Part shown: one piece after another, positions 37,684 through 50,340 of the stretch
Layout of the letters: every line of letters begins with the position of its first letter
Position numbering within the stretch: the first letter of the stretch is position 1
Notes under the pieces: model-generated
Databases searched by the model: none
Told to the model about the DNA's origin: nothing
What the model saw: the letters and a program-made list of their open reading frames with translations, nothing else
Position numbers and translations under genes: made by a program
Assembly (NCBI GenBank): GCA_024137785.1
Contig: JAHRHZ010000283.1
Location: 42,709,020-42,773,019 of the forward strand
Source of the DNA: Ginglymostoma cirratum
Lineage: Eukaryota
Direction: 5' to 3'
Length of the DNA: 64,000 nucleotides

Positions 37684-39009
37684 AATGGTGGAGCGGGCTT
37701 GAGAGGCTGAATTGCGTGGTCTTGCTTGTAGGTCATATGTTCGTTTATATGATTGAGCATCTACAGCTCTCGGGTTGAGAATTCCAAATCGTTTGACATT
37801 TCACTTTGTTAGATCCTTCGTATAATATCCTGTGTGCGCCTCATCAAATAATTTCTGCGGCTATTTCTCGCTCTTGCTGTCTCTCGGGCAAAGCGGTGAC
37901 CAGCTGGCTGTCCCGGATTGTGCGCTATCGGCAAGTTATGTGTTTGCTTCGTATGCTGTTGTGCTAGAAAAAAAATCACATTTGATGTCCTCTTGGCACC
38001 TAAGATGTTTTTAAAGTAGTGTGCAACTTCTCTTGCACTTTCATAGCATCGTTGTTTTCAAAATTAGGTACAACATTAAATCTATGTTAAGAGATCGGTC
38101 CTAAAAAAGTTCAAATTCCGTAAGCCAGGTTTCAGAAAATAGCGAAAAGGAAGTTCATGGGACCCAGCATCTAACGGTGACATTGGTTGTGACTTCTTGC
38201 ATCATCCTTACCAAATGACCGTTGCTAAGTTCAGATGGGGGGATTGGGGGGCGGAGGAAAGACCGTGGTCTCTTAAAAGAGAATGTACAGTTTTCGATCC
38301 CTTGCTTGTGGAGACGTTGGAAGCAGGTTAGGGGAGGTTCACGGGATTGTTCCAAAGGTAAAAGGGTTTGCGTTATGAAGGGAGGTTAAGCAGTTTAAAC
38401 GTTCTTTACAGTTTGGAAGAACGAGAGACGATAGGAAGATGTGTAGATTGTAGGGGGATGGGTCTGGGCGGGATGCTGTGAGAATCGGTGTGGACTTGTT
38501 GGGCCGAAGGGCCTGTTTCCACACTGTAAGGAGTCTAAGTCAATAGGACTATATAATTGAGGTAAACAAGATGCTAGAGGGGATTGACAAAGTAGCTGTG
38601 AAGAGGGTGTTTCTTCATATTGGGCAATCTAGAATGACAGTTCATCGTTTTAGGATAAAAGGTAGCAGATTTAAAATAAAGAGAAATTATTTCTCTCAAA
38701 GGGTCATGAACTGCAGAATCCACTACCCCAGCTGCCAGAACATAAATTTAAGGAGAAGATAGATATTTAATCATTGAAGGGTTTTGGAGAGTGGGCAGGA
38801 AAGTGGAGTTAAGGCGAAGATGAGATCCGCTTTGCTTGTATTGAATGGTGGAGCGGGCTCGAGAGGCTGAATTGCGTGGTCTTGCTTGTAGGTCATATGT
38901 TCGTTTATATGATTGAGCATTTACAGCTCTCGGGTTGAGAATTCCAAATCGTTTGACATTTCACTTTGTTAGATCCTTCGTATAATATCCTGTGTGCGCC
39001 TCATCAAAT
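37684..39009 (+). repeat. 166-bp direct repeat pair (37684-37849 and 38844-39009)
   Basis: Two mismatches by eye (GGGCTT/GGGCTC and GCATCTA/GCATTTA). Confidence 0.95.
38330..38900 (+). mobile_element. CR1 3' fragment with nested HE1 SINE tail (about 38440-38535)
   Basis: CR1 blocks (ATGCTAGAGGGGATTGACAAAG...TTCTCTCAAAGGGTCATGAA) interrupted by GGTGTGGACTTGTTGGGCCGAAGGGCCTGTTTCC. Confidence 0.7.
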
Positions 39010-39913
39010 GATTTTTGAAAATCCAATTTTAACATCTGATTCCTTGTTCATAAAAGCAAAATATTGTACATGCTGGAAATCTGAAACAAGCACAAAGAAT
39101 GCAGCAGAAACGCAGCAGGTCTGGCAGCACTAGCAGTGTGTTGATTTCTCCTCGTTTACCAACCTTTTGTAGTTCCAACCTCAAAACGAACAAGTACCCA
39201 TTTTCGTTTTCATAAATCTGTGTTGTCTCTGTCCAATTCTATTGTGATTGAGTTACCAAATCTCTAATAATAGACATAAGAACTGGAAGTGGGGAAAACT
39301 CAACAGGCTAGGCACCAGCTGTTGCGTGCAACAATGTTAGTATCTGAACTAATAGATCAGTTAGCTAGAGGCCAAGCCTGTCGTTCAAAATATCTCCAAT
39401 TTTGGGATAAATTGGGGATTCGCCGTTTTAAACTCTGCCTTGAAAGCAGAGGCTAACGACCGCTGAAGCTGTCTGATCTGCCGAGCATGTTCCGTATTTT
39501 CTGCTTTTTAATGACGCGAGGCTATTCGGCCCATTACGCCTATGTCCAAACTCTGGAGAAACCTCTCGGTCGCTCCCAATCCTCTGCCCTGCCCACGCCC
39601 CGTCGCCCTCGGGCTGATTTTGCCATTTGCGAGCTCTTTGTTCTGATACGTATCTCTGAATATTCATCAGGGGAAAAAAAAAGTCACACAGACACAAATG
39701 AATAAAATGCGAGTGGGGGGGGGGGGAAATGGCTGAGCACCTTATTGTAAGGTTCTTCTGAAGGTGGGAAGGCTCCGCCCCCCCCAGTGGAGACGGTGAG
39801 TTTGTTGTTCACACGCTGCAGCCGCTTATTGTGTGCGAGAGACTTCCCCGAGTAAAGTGGCGGCGATACACTGGGGGAGGACGGGGTTCCCTTTGCGATT
39901 TCCCGCTGACTGA

Positions 39914-40276
<363 letters not shown>

Positions 40277-43200
40277 TAGCACCACATTGGGCTCGGGGCG
40301 TTTGTGTGTTTTTTATTCCTGTGTTGAGGTAATGACAACGTGCCATTATTTAGCGTTGGACACTTTTTTATTGAGTCCACGAATTGCCCGCACAGTCTGA
40401 GTAGATTGATCTTATACAGACCTGAAGAAGTCATATTGGACTAGAAGCAGTAACTTTGTACTCAAATGCTACCGGGACTTGATGAGTTTCTCTGTACTCA
40501 TTTCAGATTTCCAGCATCCGCGGGATTGTGATTTTTTTTTTAATTTTGCGGGTTTATTGTACAAGTGAGAAATCAATCTCGCTTCCTCATCACCTGAATG
40601 AAGTATTTAGCTCGCGTTTCGTGGACAATCGACAGCTGGGACCCATCGCCTTGTCCGAGGGACGGGGAAACTGCAGCTTTGTTGTTTTCCGGTTGAGGTT
40701 CGTGCCGATGCCGCTCGAGGGAACGCTGCAAGCTGCTAAAGGCGCCAGAATCACCGAGTTACCCTTGTGCAGGAGGAAGCCATTCGGCCCACCCTGTCTG
40801 CACTGTTATCTACTGCCAATCCCCTGCCTTTTCCCTGTATCCCCGCGCACCATTTCCAATCAAATAAACAGGAAAAGCCTGTCGTCTCTGAGATTAAATC
40901 ATATTGCTGCTGGTTTCACGCAGTGATTGACAAAGCACCACGAATGGATTGTGGCCATTCCCCTCTCAACAAAGTTCATTTCTTCGTAGCTACCACTGTG
41001 AGCATTTTGTGGATTATACCGGTCCCACCGTCTCATGTATCATTTCTCTGCTTTTCTTCAGTAATCAGGCTGTTGCAAGGCACTGCTTTGCTGTAACACA
41101 TAATGATGGTATGTGTCTAAACGAAGTGAGTGTGACCACATACTTGCCCTTGTATCTCTTTGTGTCAATTCTAATCCTTTGACCTGCCTTTCACAGCAAA
41201 TTCCTCATGTTGCTGGTTTGACGATGTCCTCCACTGCTTTAGCCATCATGTCCAGTCACTGTTGTGTTGTTGGAAATGTCATAAATCAATTTGTGCACAC
41301 CAAATTCTTCAGATTATACAGAAATGAGAGAAAGTATTAGGATTTTGTTTTAAGATGGGGAGCAAGTATTGGCCAGAAGTCCGGTCCTGCTCTTATTCGG
41401 ATAATTCCCTCGAAAAGAGGGTAAGTGAAACATGTGCAGCAGCCTGCGTTATGAGCTCAAGTCCAAGGGATTTGAACCCAAGAACTCAAGCCAAGGCTGA
41501 CACCTATTTCTGGTGTCCAGGTAATTGGCTAGTCACATACCTAATGAATAGGTTTGATAGTTCCAGAACTAAATAGAGCAGCAGGGATTTGTGGCAAAAA
41601 AAGCTAACATACAACTCAGTACTTTTAAAGTGAAAATTGATTCATTTCAAGCATACCACTTTATGAAATCTTTCGTGTTATCTGGGTACACAGCCCTATA
41701 CTTGGAAGCTTGGGACTTGCCATCCTTTCAGCATTCTACCATCATACTGAAGGAGATGAATCTCCTCTCGTTGCTTAGAAAACTGAAAATGGGGGTTATA
41801 GCTGCTGGGAAAACCAAACCAGGTAGGCCAAGTATGCGACCATGCTCGTGCCATCCAGAGATTGTTGTATTGAACCCATGATGCCGAGAAACTGCACTGC
41901 CAAATGGTAGAACCCCCAAGTAGTGGGGTTTGAAATAAAAAGTGCTGGAGAAACCCAGCTGGTCTGGCTGCCTCTGTGGGGAGTGAGAGAGAAAGAAACA
42001 GTTAATTTTTAGATATGAAGCTTACATTCAGAATCATGGTAATGTTTTCTTACGTGGTGACAATAATGAGGAGAGGTTCACTGTACTTCAGGGCATGTTT
42101 GACAATGAGTAATCATTGGAGCAGGAATTCTTTTTAATTTGGCTCTAGTCATGCAAGCCAATATTATTCCTTATGTGTGAGAGGCTTTGGCTTAGCAAGA
42201 AGTAGAAAATTTAGAAGTGTTCTGTGCTGTCAGACAGTTCTGGTTAACATCGTGTCGCTCTGTGCAAATATAGATTCCTAGGATTTGGCTCAATCAACTC
42301 TGCAAAACGTACTGTACATGGGTAAATGGATTTATCCTTCCAAGGAAAGTGTTTACTCTGTAACAGGCAAATTGAAACACTCCCTATGTGACTTTGTTTG
42401 CATGCATAAAGGTTGTTTCATGGTTTGGCAATAATAGTTAACTCAACAGCACCCAATGCTTCATTGTCTGGAATAACATTTTAGAAAAAAAAACTGTAAT
42501 GACTTGAATCTGATTTTTTTAAAAAAGCATTTGGTTTGAGAATTTCAAGTTGAAGATGTACAGTATAACCCCCCCACCTTTAATAGTTTAAGGTAATTAC
42601 TGTATATTATCATTTATTAAGGCCAGAAATGTTGAATTATAATAGCCGATGAATGCTATTATGCAGTAAGGCAATATTTCACATTTAAATAAATTTAGCA
42701 GATGTCAGCAACAATACATTTTACAGAGACAACTTTTTGACCAGTTTTTTGCTTTTTATGACTAGCACACACTGACAGCTACAGTGCTGTTGTGCCAGAT
42801 ATATCAAAGAAAGTTTGGTTTCGTTAGACATTTTCACTTCTACAGGAACAATTCAGATGGTCGGCTATGACAATTGTGTATTTTCTAAAGTTACCAGAGG
42901 AGTATGTGTGCATCTTGCACAATACAATCATGTTCATGAAAATTTAAAAACTGGATATTATTGAAGGGATGATTCTCAGATTTAAGTAATTGGTTCAGAA
43001 ACCAAACTGAGCACAGTTTCGATTTGAGAGCAGATTAAAAGTGGGAAGGGAGAACCTAAATCGTTTCTTTAAAATTTGGAGAGGCATTGATTATGTGATT
43101 TTGCTGAAGTGTTTTTTTTTGTTTTGTCATATATGCCACGGACTTTTAACATAAACTGCTAGAAAAAATAGCTGATGTTCTGTCAACTTATTCATTCACA

Positions 43201-43719
43201 AAAATAGATGGTGATATTTGATCATCTGGATTGATCAAACATATAGTACTACTACAAGTTGTTGCTTGTGGAGAACATTTCAATCCTGGCTTATTGCAAT
43301 GAAATAGGACTCAAGTTGGCTGAATTACCTACAGGGATCAAAAAAAAATTAGCATATAATTTCTCTTGAGAGGTAAACAAATAAGCCATTTTCAATGCAT
43401 TTTAAATGGAAATCGTGGACCGAATTAACTGTTTATATTCTAATTTACTGTCTGATATTCTACCTATATCACATATTAATTATTTTGTTTTCCTATTTTG
43501 GGTCAAAACACACCAATTGAGGAAAGGTAGCTAAACCATTTATAAGTGACAACTTTTTAACTGACTTATTAGCAATATACAAGAGTGGCTAATAGTTATT
43601 AATCTGCTTTCTCTTTGCATAGGCAGGAGGTCAGCTGCAATTGTTCATCAGAAACCTGCTGCACCACAAGGAGTTTATTAGTTCACCAAAGTTACTTTTT
43701 CAAATAAAAGCAAATTAAT

Positions 43720-43912
43720 TCCAATGCTTGAGATCTGAAATAAAACAGAAAATGCTGGAGAAATTCAGCTGTTCTGGCAGCATCTGTGGTGAGAGAAACA
43801 GTGAACATATCAAGCTTGTCCAAAAGAAGGGTTGAAATGTTAACGCTGCTTCTCTATCCACAGATGCTGCCAGACCTGTCAAGTCTGTCCGAAACTTTTG
43901 TGTTTTTATTAT
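43720..43912. mobile_element. Short hairpin-shaped Penelope-derived element (decayed)
   Basis: AAAACAGAAAATGCTGGAGAAATTCAGC...GGCAGCATCTGTGG pairs with CCACAGATGCTGCCAGACCTG; centre CCAAAAGAAGGGTTGAAATGTTAAC is a decayed hammerhead. Confidence 0.6.
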
Positions 43913-44841
43913 TGTCTCTTCAAAACCACCTACATTAAGAATCATAGAACATCACTTTCTTTTGCCAAAAATTGACTTGATAAATATTTGCCCAATAACT
44001 TTGGTGATGATTGAGCAAAGATTTTAATTTAGGAAAGAAGTGGAGGGTATGAGAAAAGTGGCTTTCTAGAAATATTCTTAATTGAAACATTCTGCTGACT
44101 TTGCTGAGGAGAAAATCCAGATTTTGCATGTTATGCTCAAAGATGAAGGTGCTGGTGTAAGGAAGAGTAAAGACTGCATGGATTATTTTCTGTTTTATTC
44201 ACTTTGAATGTAGCAAATTAAGTTGCTTAGTATATGCTAAAACGTGACTAAAATAGCTTCTGCATGAGTGATAACTTAAGTTGTGTGGTTTTTTAACAAG
44301 AGATGTAAGGTAGCTGCAACTCTTTGCTTTGAAATTAGACTGGAAAATGAGCATATTGAAGAGTTCTTCAAATAAGCATAGCTATAAAGTAATGTCATTT
44401 GGTGCTTGCTGGTAAAAAGCTCATTCAACCTTTGAATAATATAGCACCAGTTTGAGTAGAGGATTGACCACTGGGGCTCATTTAAGAACCAAGAAATCTA
44501 GACAAATCAATCGAATTTGAGTTCAAATCCCATTTGACTTTGGTTCAAACAATCTGGAAGTAAAAAGCTGGTCAGTAAAATTGACAGTGAGATTGTTCTA
44601 TTATATTTAAAAACCTATCTGGTTCACAAATGACACATCTTTTGAAAAACCCCTGTCCTTGCCTATTTTGGCTAATATGCCACTGCAGTGCCACGCCAAC
44701 CTGCTCTCTGAAGTGGAGGCCAATAGATTGCGCCAAACTGCTCTCAACTGGAGCATTTTAAGATGGCAGCCGAGCAGCATCTTCTCAGGGCATCAATGGA
44801 TGGGTAATAAGTAAACGTATGATAAGTAAACAAAGATTATA

Positions 44842-45134
44842 GGGCAGGATGATGGCACAGTGGTTAGCACTGCTGCCTCACAGCACCAGGGACCTGGGTT
44901 CAATTCCAGCCTTAGGTGACTGTGTCTGCGTGGGTTTCCTTCAGGTGCTCCGGTTTCCTCCCATAGTCCAAAGATGTGCAGGCTAGGTGTATTGGCCATG
45001 CTAAATTGCCCTTCATGTTCAGGGATGTGTAGATTAGGTGGGTTTATAAGGGGATGGGTCTGGGTGGGATGCTCTGAGGTTCAGTGTGGACTTGTTGGGC
45101 CAAAGGGCCTGTTTCCACACTAAAGGGAGTCTAT
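44842..45134 (+). mobile_element. HE1-like V-SINE
   Basis: TGGCACAGTGGTTAGCACTGCTGCCTCACAGC head, B box, V-domain and CR1-type tail. Confidence 0.85.
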
Positions 45135-45374
45135 AATTTTTTTTTAAAATCCTGCAAATTATATTTTTAAACTTGTGTTGTATTTATGAGATACCTTGTA
45201 CTTGTAGATTTCATACATTGTAGTTATGTCTCTGACATCACTAACTTGTAAAAGTCATCTTATGGGGTTGCTTAGTGATTTTCTTTTTAAAGTTGGATCA
45301 TGATTTGCTGTTATGCTGATTCACAGCGATGGAGCATAATATTGTATGTGTGAGTATTATCCGTTCATCAGGTG

Positions 45375-46482
45375 CATGGCGTTACGGGCAATGTATTAGC
45401 ATGGAAAGAGGATTGGTTAACTAACAGGAAGCAAAGAAGCAAAGATAAATGTGTGCTTTTCTGGTTGATGAATAGTGACCAGTTGTGTGCCTCCGGGATG
45501 TTGTGGGACTGCAATTGTTTATAAATTACATAGATGATTTGAAGTTGGGGACCATGTGTAATGTGTCAAAATTTGCGGATGGCACTAAGATGAATGGTAC
45601 AGCAAAATGTACAGAGGACTCTGAAAGTTTGCAGAGGGATATAGATAGTTTAAATGAGTGGACAAAGGTCTGACCGATGGAATTCCATGTTGATAAATGT
45701 GAAGCCAACCATTTTGGTAGGAATATCAGTAAAATGGACTATTATTTGAACGGTGAAAAATTGCGGCATGCTGTTGTGCAGAGGGACTTGGGTGTCCTTG
45801 TGCATGAATCACAGAAGGTTGTTTTGTAGATACAACAGGTAATTAAGGCAAATGGAATTTTGTCCTTCATTGCCTGAGAGATTGAGTTTAAAAGCAGGGA
45901 GGTTATGTTTCAGCAGTATAGAGTGCTGGTGAGGCCACACCTGGAGTGCTGCATATAGTTTTGGTCTCCTTACTCAAGAAAGGATGTATTGGAAGCGGTG
46001 CTGAGGAGGTTCACAAGGTTGATTCTAGAGTTGAGAGGATCGACTTATGAGGAGAGACCGAGTGCACTGGGATTATATTTATTGGAATTTAGAAGAATGA
46101 GGGGTGGGGATGAATCTTATAGAAATATATTAAATTATGAAGACCACAGATAAGATAGGAGCAGGGAGGTTCTTTCCACTGGTGGGTGAAACAAGAACAA
46201 GAGGGCATAGCCCCAAAATTAGGGGGACCAGATTTAGCCCTGAATTGAGGAGCAACGTCTTCACCCAAAGGGTTGTGAATCTGTGGAATTCCCTGCTTAG
46301 TGAAGTAGTTGAGGCTTCCTCATTGAATGTTTTTTAAAGCTAAGATTTTTTGAATAGTAAAGATTATGGTGAGAGGGTGGGTAAGTGGAACTGAGGCCAC
46401 AAAATGATCAGCCATGGTCCTATTGAATGATGAAGCAGGCTCAAAGGGCCAGATGGCCTACTCCTACTCCTGGTTCTTAAGT
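45375..46482 (+). mobile_element. CR1 LINE 3' fragment
   Basis: YIDDL...VSKFADGTK RT motif, FTQRVVNLWNSL and tail GGCCTACTCCTACTCC. Confidence 0.88.
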
Positions 46483-48921
46483 TCTATCAGAGCAATCGTT
46501 GTTTATATCGATAAAAGTTGAAACTCTGAGATTATTCCTGAAACAAAGAGAAATTGCTGGAGAAACTCTCTGGCGGTATCCGTGGAGAGAGGAACAGAGT
46601 TAAGTGACCTTTCTTTAGGTCACATCCAACATTCTTGCTCAACTCTTCCCTTTTTGACCCTTTACCTTATTTTTTTATTTATTATTTTCCCTGACAAATC
46701 CACTTTAACCTCTCCTGGATTGTTTAAAATTATTGTTTTTATTACTCTTCTTTGAAGATTTTTCAGTTATGTATGTCTTTTCATAAATGGACACCACAGT
46801 TGGACACAGTATTCTGTGTGTCTTTGCCAATGCTTTCTAGAGTGTCAGTCTTGTGTCTCCAGACCAATAAATTATGGATTTACTTGCATACTGAACATTC
46901 TCTTGGCATTGGTTATTGTTACTCTATAACGTGATACCATCAACATTTTTCCCACTGACCCATTTTAACAATATAAATGGTTTTGGCTGTATTATTGATA
47001 AGAATATCCTTGCATTTCTGAATAATTCATGCTATATTCCCCATTGTCAAATGTCTGCAAAAGCTTTTAAATAACATTGTTTCTCAAAAATGTCCCCCTT
47101 TTTGATGCACTATTGGATTGTTTGTGATAAATTTTTCTAAATTAAAAGTCATTTTAAAAGTGATTAGGTAAATCAGAAACCCTTGTACTTTTAGAAGGAT
47201 TTTAAAAGGAACACAGCACATGTATCATTTTTCCAGGGGTGAAAAATTGATCAGGAAAGTTTACTTGTATTAGCTAAGATAGTTTTGGTGCAATATGTTT
47301 CTTGTTTGTACTGCATTACTTGTTATAATGTTCATGTTCATATTCATATTCATATAGATGTTGACCAGGAAAAGACTGTAGATTTCCAAGTGGTGTGTGT
47401 TTGTCAGTAACTGCCAATTGTATTAAATATTGTATTCTGTGGGTATTGTGATGTAAACATTAATTTTGTTGTTCATGAAATGAAATATGAATTTTTTGAA
47501 TGTTAAACTATACATTTCGCAGTTTCGTTACCTGAACACGAACACAAGACCAGAACTAATTTTAAAAGCAACATATTGGAACCTAGCAATAATCTGTTTT
47601 CCTTACTGCTGCTGTTGCTAAGAATGGGTTGGCATTTGCAGTAAATACGACAACTTGTAACGAATCAGTTATTTATGGTGTGTTTGAGATGTATGAAAAA
47701 TTTGTGGGAGTGTCAAACTAACCCTGTTGCTGAACGCAAACTATATAGTGCCAAAGCATGACGTTTTGCTTTAGATATTTGTAGATTGTGCGGCATTACT
47801 ATATTCAGAAAGTAGGCAAACAACAAAGTTACAAGCTAATATAAACATGTGATAATTTGTTCAAACATGAAATGCTCTGCTATAAGTTATGCATTTTGAA
47901 ACATGCAACAAATTAAGTCTTACTGATAGTTGCTTTCTATATACAAAGCGTTTGAAACCACTAATTTAAATTTTTAAATAACTGAGGCAGGGGGCATTTC
48001 TCATCTGTAACAATGTTCTGATCTTCGTATTTGCATCTGTACAAAGCTGATAAATGAAGAACTCAGTTGTGACTGGGATAAAAATAAAAATCATCCAAGT
48101 TTTGTTCTTTATGTACCTCACTGACATCATGGTTGGGGGTGTGCGGGGTAGAATTTGTCAACAGTGTGCCATTCCGAGTGATGTAACCAAAAGTGTGTGC
48201 CAACTCCAATTCTCATGTTCATGTTTCCTTTGGATTACGATTAAAATTTTAGAGTTTGTGTGACATGTGTAGGAAACATACATTTATGCAGGAAATTTTT
48301 TTTTTCCCATTGTTGAAACCCGCCATCAGCTGACAATGTTGCAGCTACTGGTGGGCATCTTCCAAACCCACCACCACTTCCATCCAGAACGACAAAGGCA
48401 GTAGATAGTTGGGAACACCACTGCCAGCAAGTTCCCTTCCAACCCACTCACCATCCTGACTTGGAAAAATATCGCCATTCCTTCACTGTCGCTGGATCAG
48501 AACTCCCACTCTAATGGCATTATGGGTCTACCTGCAGCATGTAAACTGCAGTGGTTCAAGGGCAACTAGGGATAGACTGTAGCTGCAGGCTCAGTTGGTA
48601 ACATCCACAAAAACAAAAAAAAATGTCTCATCCTCAAACAGTAAGGCTCTGCCTCATAGCCACAACTTTCCTGCCCAAATACTTGGCCATTAATGTAAGA
48701 CTTGAGAGCACAGAGGTGCCATAAGAGATATTTCAAAATTTAAATTTCATTTGTAGATATTTCACATTAATTAAATATGAATAAAGTGCATCGTCACTAT
48801 TTGTTGAAACTAGCTGAAAGAGCTAAGTTTACTGGAACACCTCTTTATTCGTATGTATTGATGGTTACAGGAGAGAAAGGGTAACTTCCTTTATTGTGGA
48901 AGAAACAATGTTTTATTCTTA

Positions 48922-49132
48922 CAGAGATAATAGGAACTGCCGATGCTGGAGAATCTGAGATAACACGGTGTAGAGCTGGATGAACACAGCAGGCCAAGCA
49001 GCATCAGAAGAGCAGGAAAGCTGACGTTTCCTCATTTTCTGAAAAAGGGTCTAGACCCGAAATGTCGGCTTTCCTGCTCCTCTAATGCTGCTTGGCCTGC
49101 TGTGTTCATCCAGCTCTACACCTTGTTATCTC
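48922..49132. mobile_element. Hairpin Penelope-derived element (third family) with TSD
   Basis: 74-bp arms 48957-49030 and 49059-49132; centre CTGAAAA-AGGGTCTAGACCC-GAAATGTC; CAATGTTTTATT repeated at 48906-48917 and 49133-49144. Confidence 0.8.
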
Positions 49133-49979
49133 CAATGTTTTATTTTTCATTCTTTATTTAATGTTCATGTTAGTGTCCACTGTTGTACTTGTTACTCTGT
49201 GGAATGCAGCTGAACCTGCAGGCTCAGTTGACCCTTCTTTCTATGCATCAGTCTTGGACAATGGCTTTTACTTTCAGTAGGGATTACGGTAATTGTTACG
49301 TGAACTAAAAGCTCTTTGTGCCAGTCAACACCCAGTGATGGTTAACTATTTAGACAGTCCTGACTTTAGGCACCTCACTTTTTTAGCTTGATTGATATTT
49401 ACCCTTACCACATCTATGACACTAAGCTTTTCCTACTTCACTCTGCCATGACTTTGACCCCACCGTCTGTCATCCCTTGAATCCCTTATCCACTGCACCC
49501 TGCCCCCTTATCCCTGACTCACCTTTGCTGGCCTGACCCTCCAAGCAAGTTGCTATTTTCCTGATCCCCTCTCTTGTGTCATAGAGTTAAGCGAGGGAAA
49601 CTGTTGGCCTTGCAACTCAAAGCCAATCTACTGCATACCATCTTTAAACTAGCTTGAGCCCAGTTTACTGCTGACTTTAAAATTGGGTCATACCTTCAAA
49701 ATGAAAAAGGTGTATGTTAATGAATATTCATGGAATGTAAATGTATTACAAGTAAGAATCAATCACAGGTTGGCACATGGTTTAACATGCTGCTGACATA
49801 TCTGCATCTTAACCTACTGTCAGGGAAACTGAGATTATAATCCTGCCAATAAAATCACCCCACATGCCACTACTTCCACCCTTGCAGGGCATCTACAACT
49901 TCCAGCACCTAGATTCTCTATTCTGTGGACTTTAAAGACAAAGTAATGTGTGAAGACTTTACTGCCTGATATTTTAAAA

Positions 49980-50340
49980 TCATAAAATTATAAGCAGTAG
50001 GAACATGATAAGGCCATTCAGTCCATTGAGCCTGCCCTGCCATTCAGTAAGGTCATGGCTAATGTGATTCTTAACACCAGTTTCTTCCCTGCAATCCATG
50101 CTCCCAAATCCCTTCATCCGTTCGTAGATCAAAACTCTGTCAAACTCATCCTTGAAATTACATGCTGAATCAACCACTGCTGCACTTTTGGATGAAAATT
50201 GCAAAGACCAACAACCCTCTGAGGGAAGAAAATTCTCATTTCCATCATTAAAAAGGACACCCCTTATTTTTAAACAAATTAAGATTCCCTAAGGTAGAGG
50301 AGCCTCCTCTCAGGTCTATCCTGTCAAGGCCCCTTAGAAT
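49980..50340 (-). mobile_element. CR1 LINE 3' fragment
   Basis: Reverse-complement CR1 tail starting AAGCAGTAGGA...AGGCCATTCAGTCCATTGAGCCTG. Confidence 0.7.

Noticed and set aside
39715-39785. G12 run and C-run as a G-quadruplex element
   Set aside because: Homopolymers in a GC-rich promoter with no specific evidence; run length may be inaccurate.
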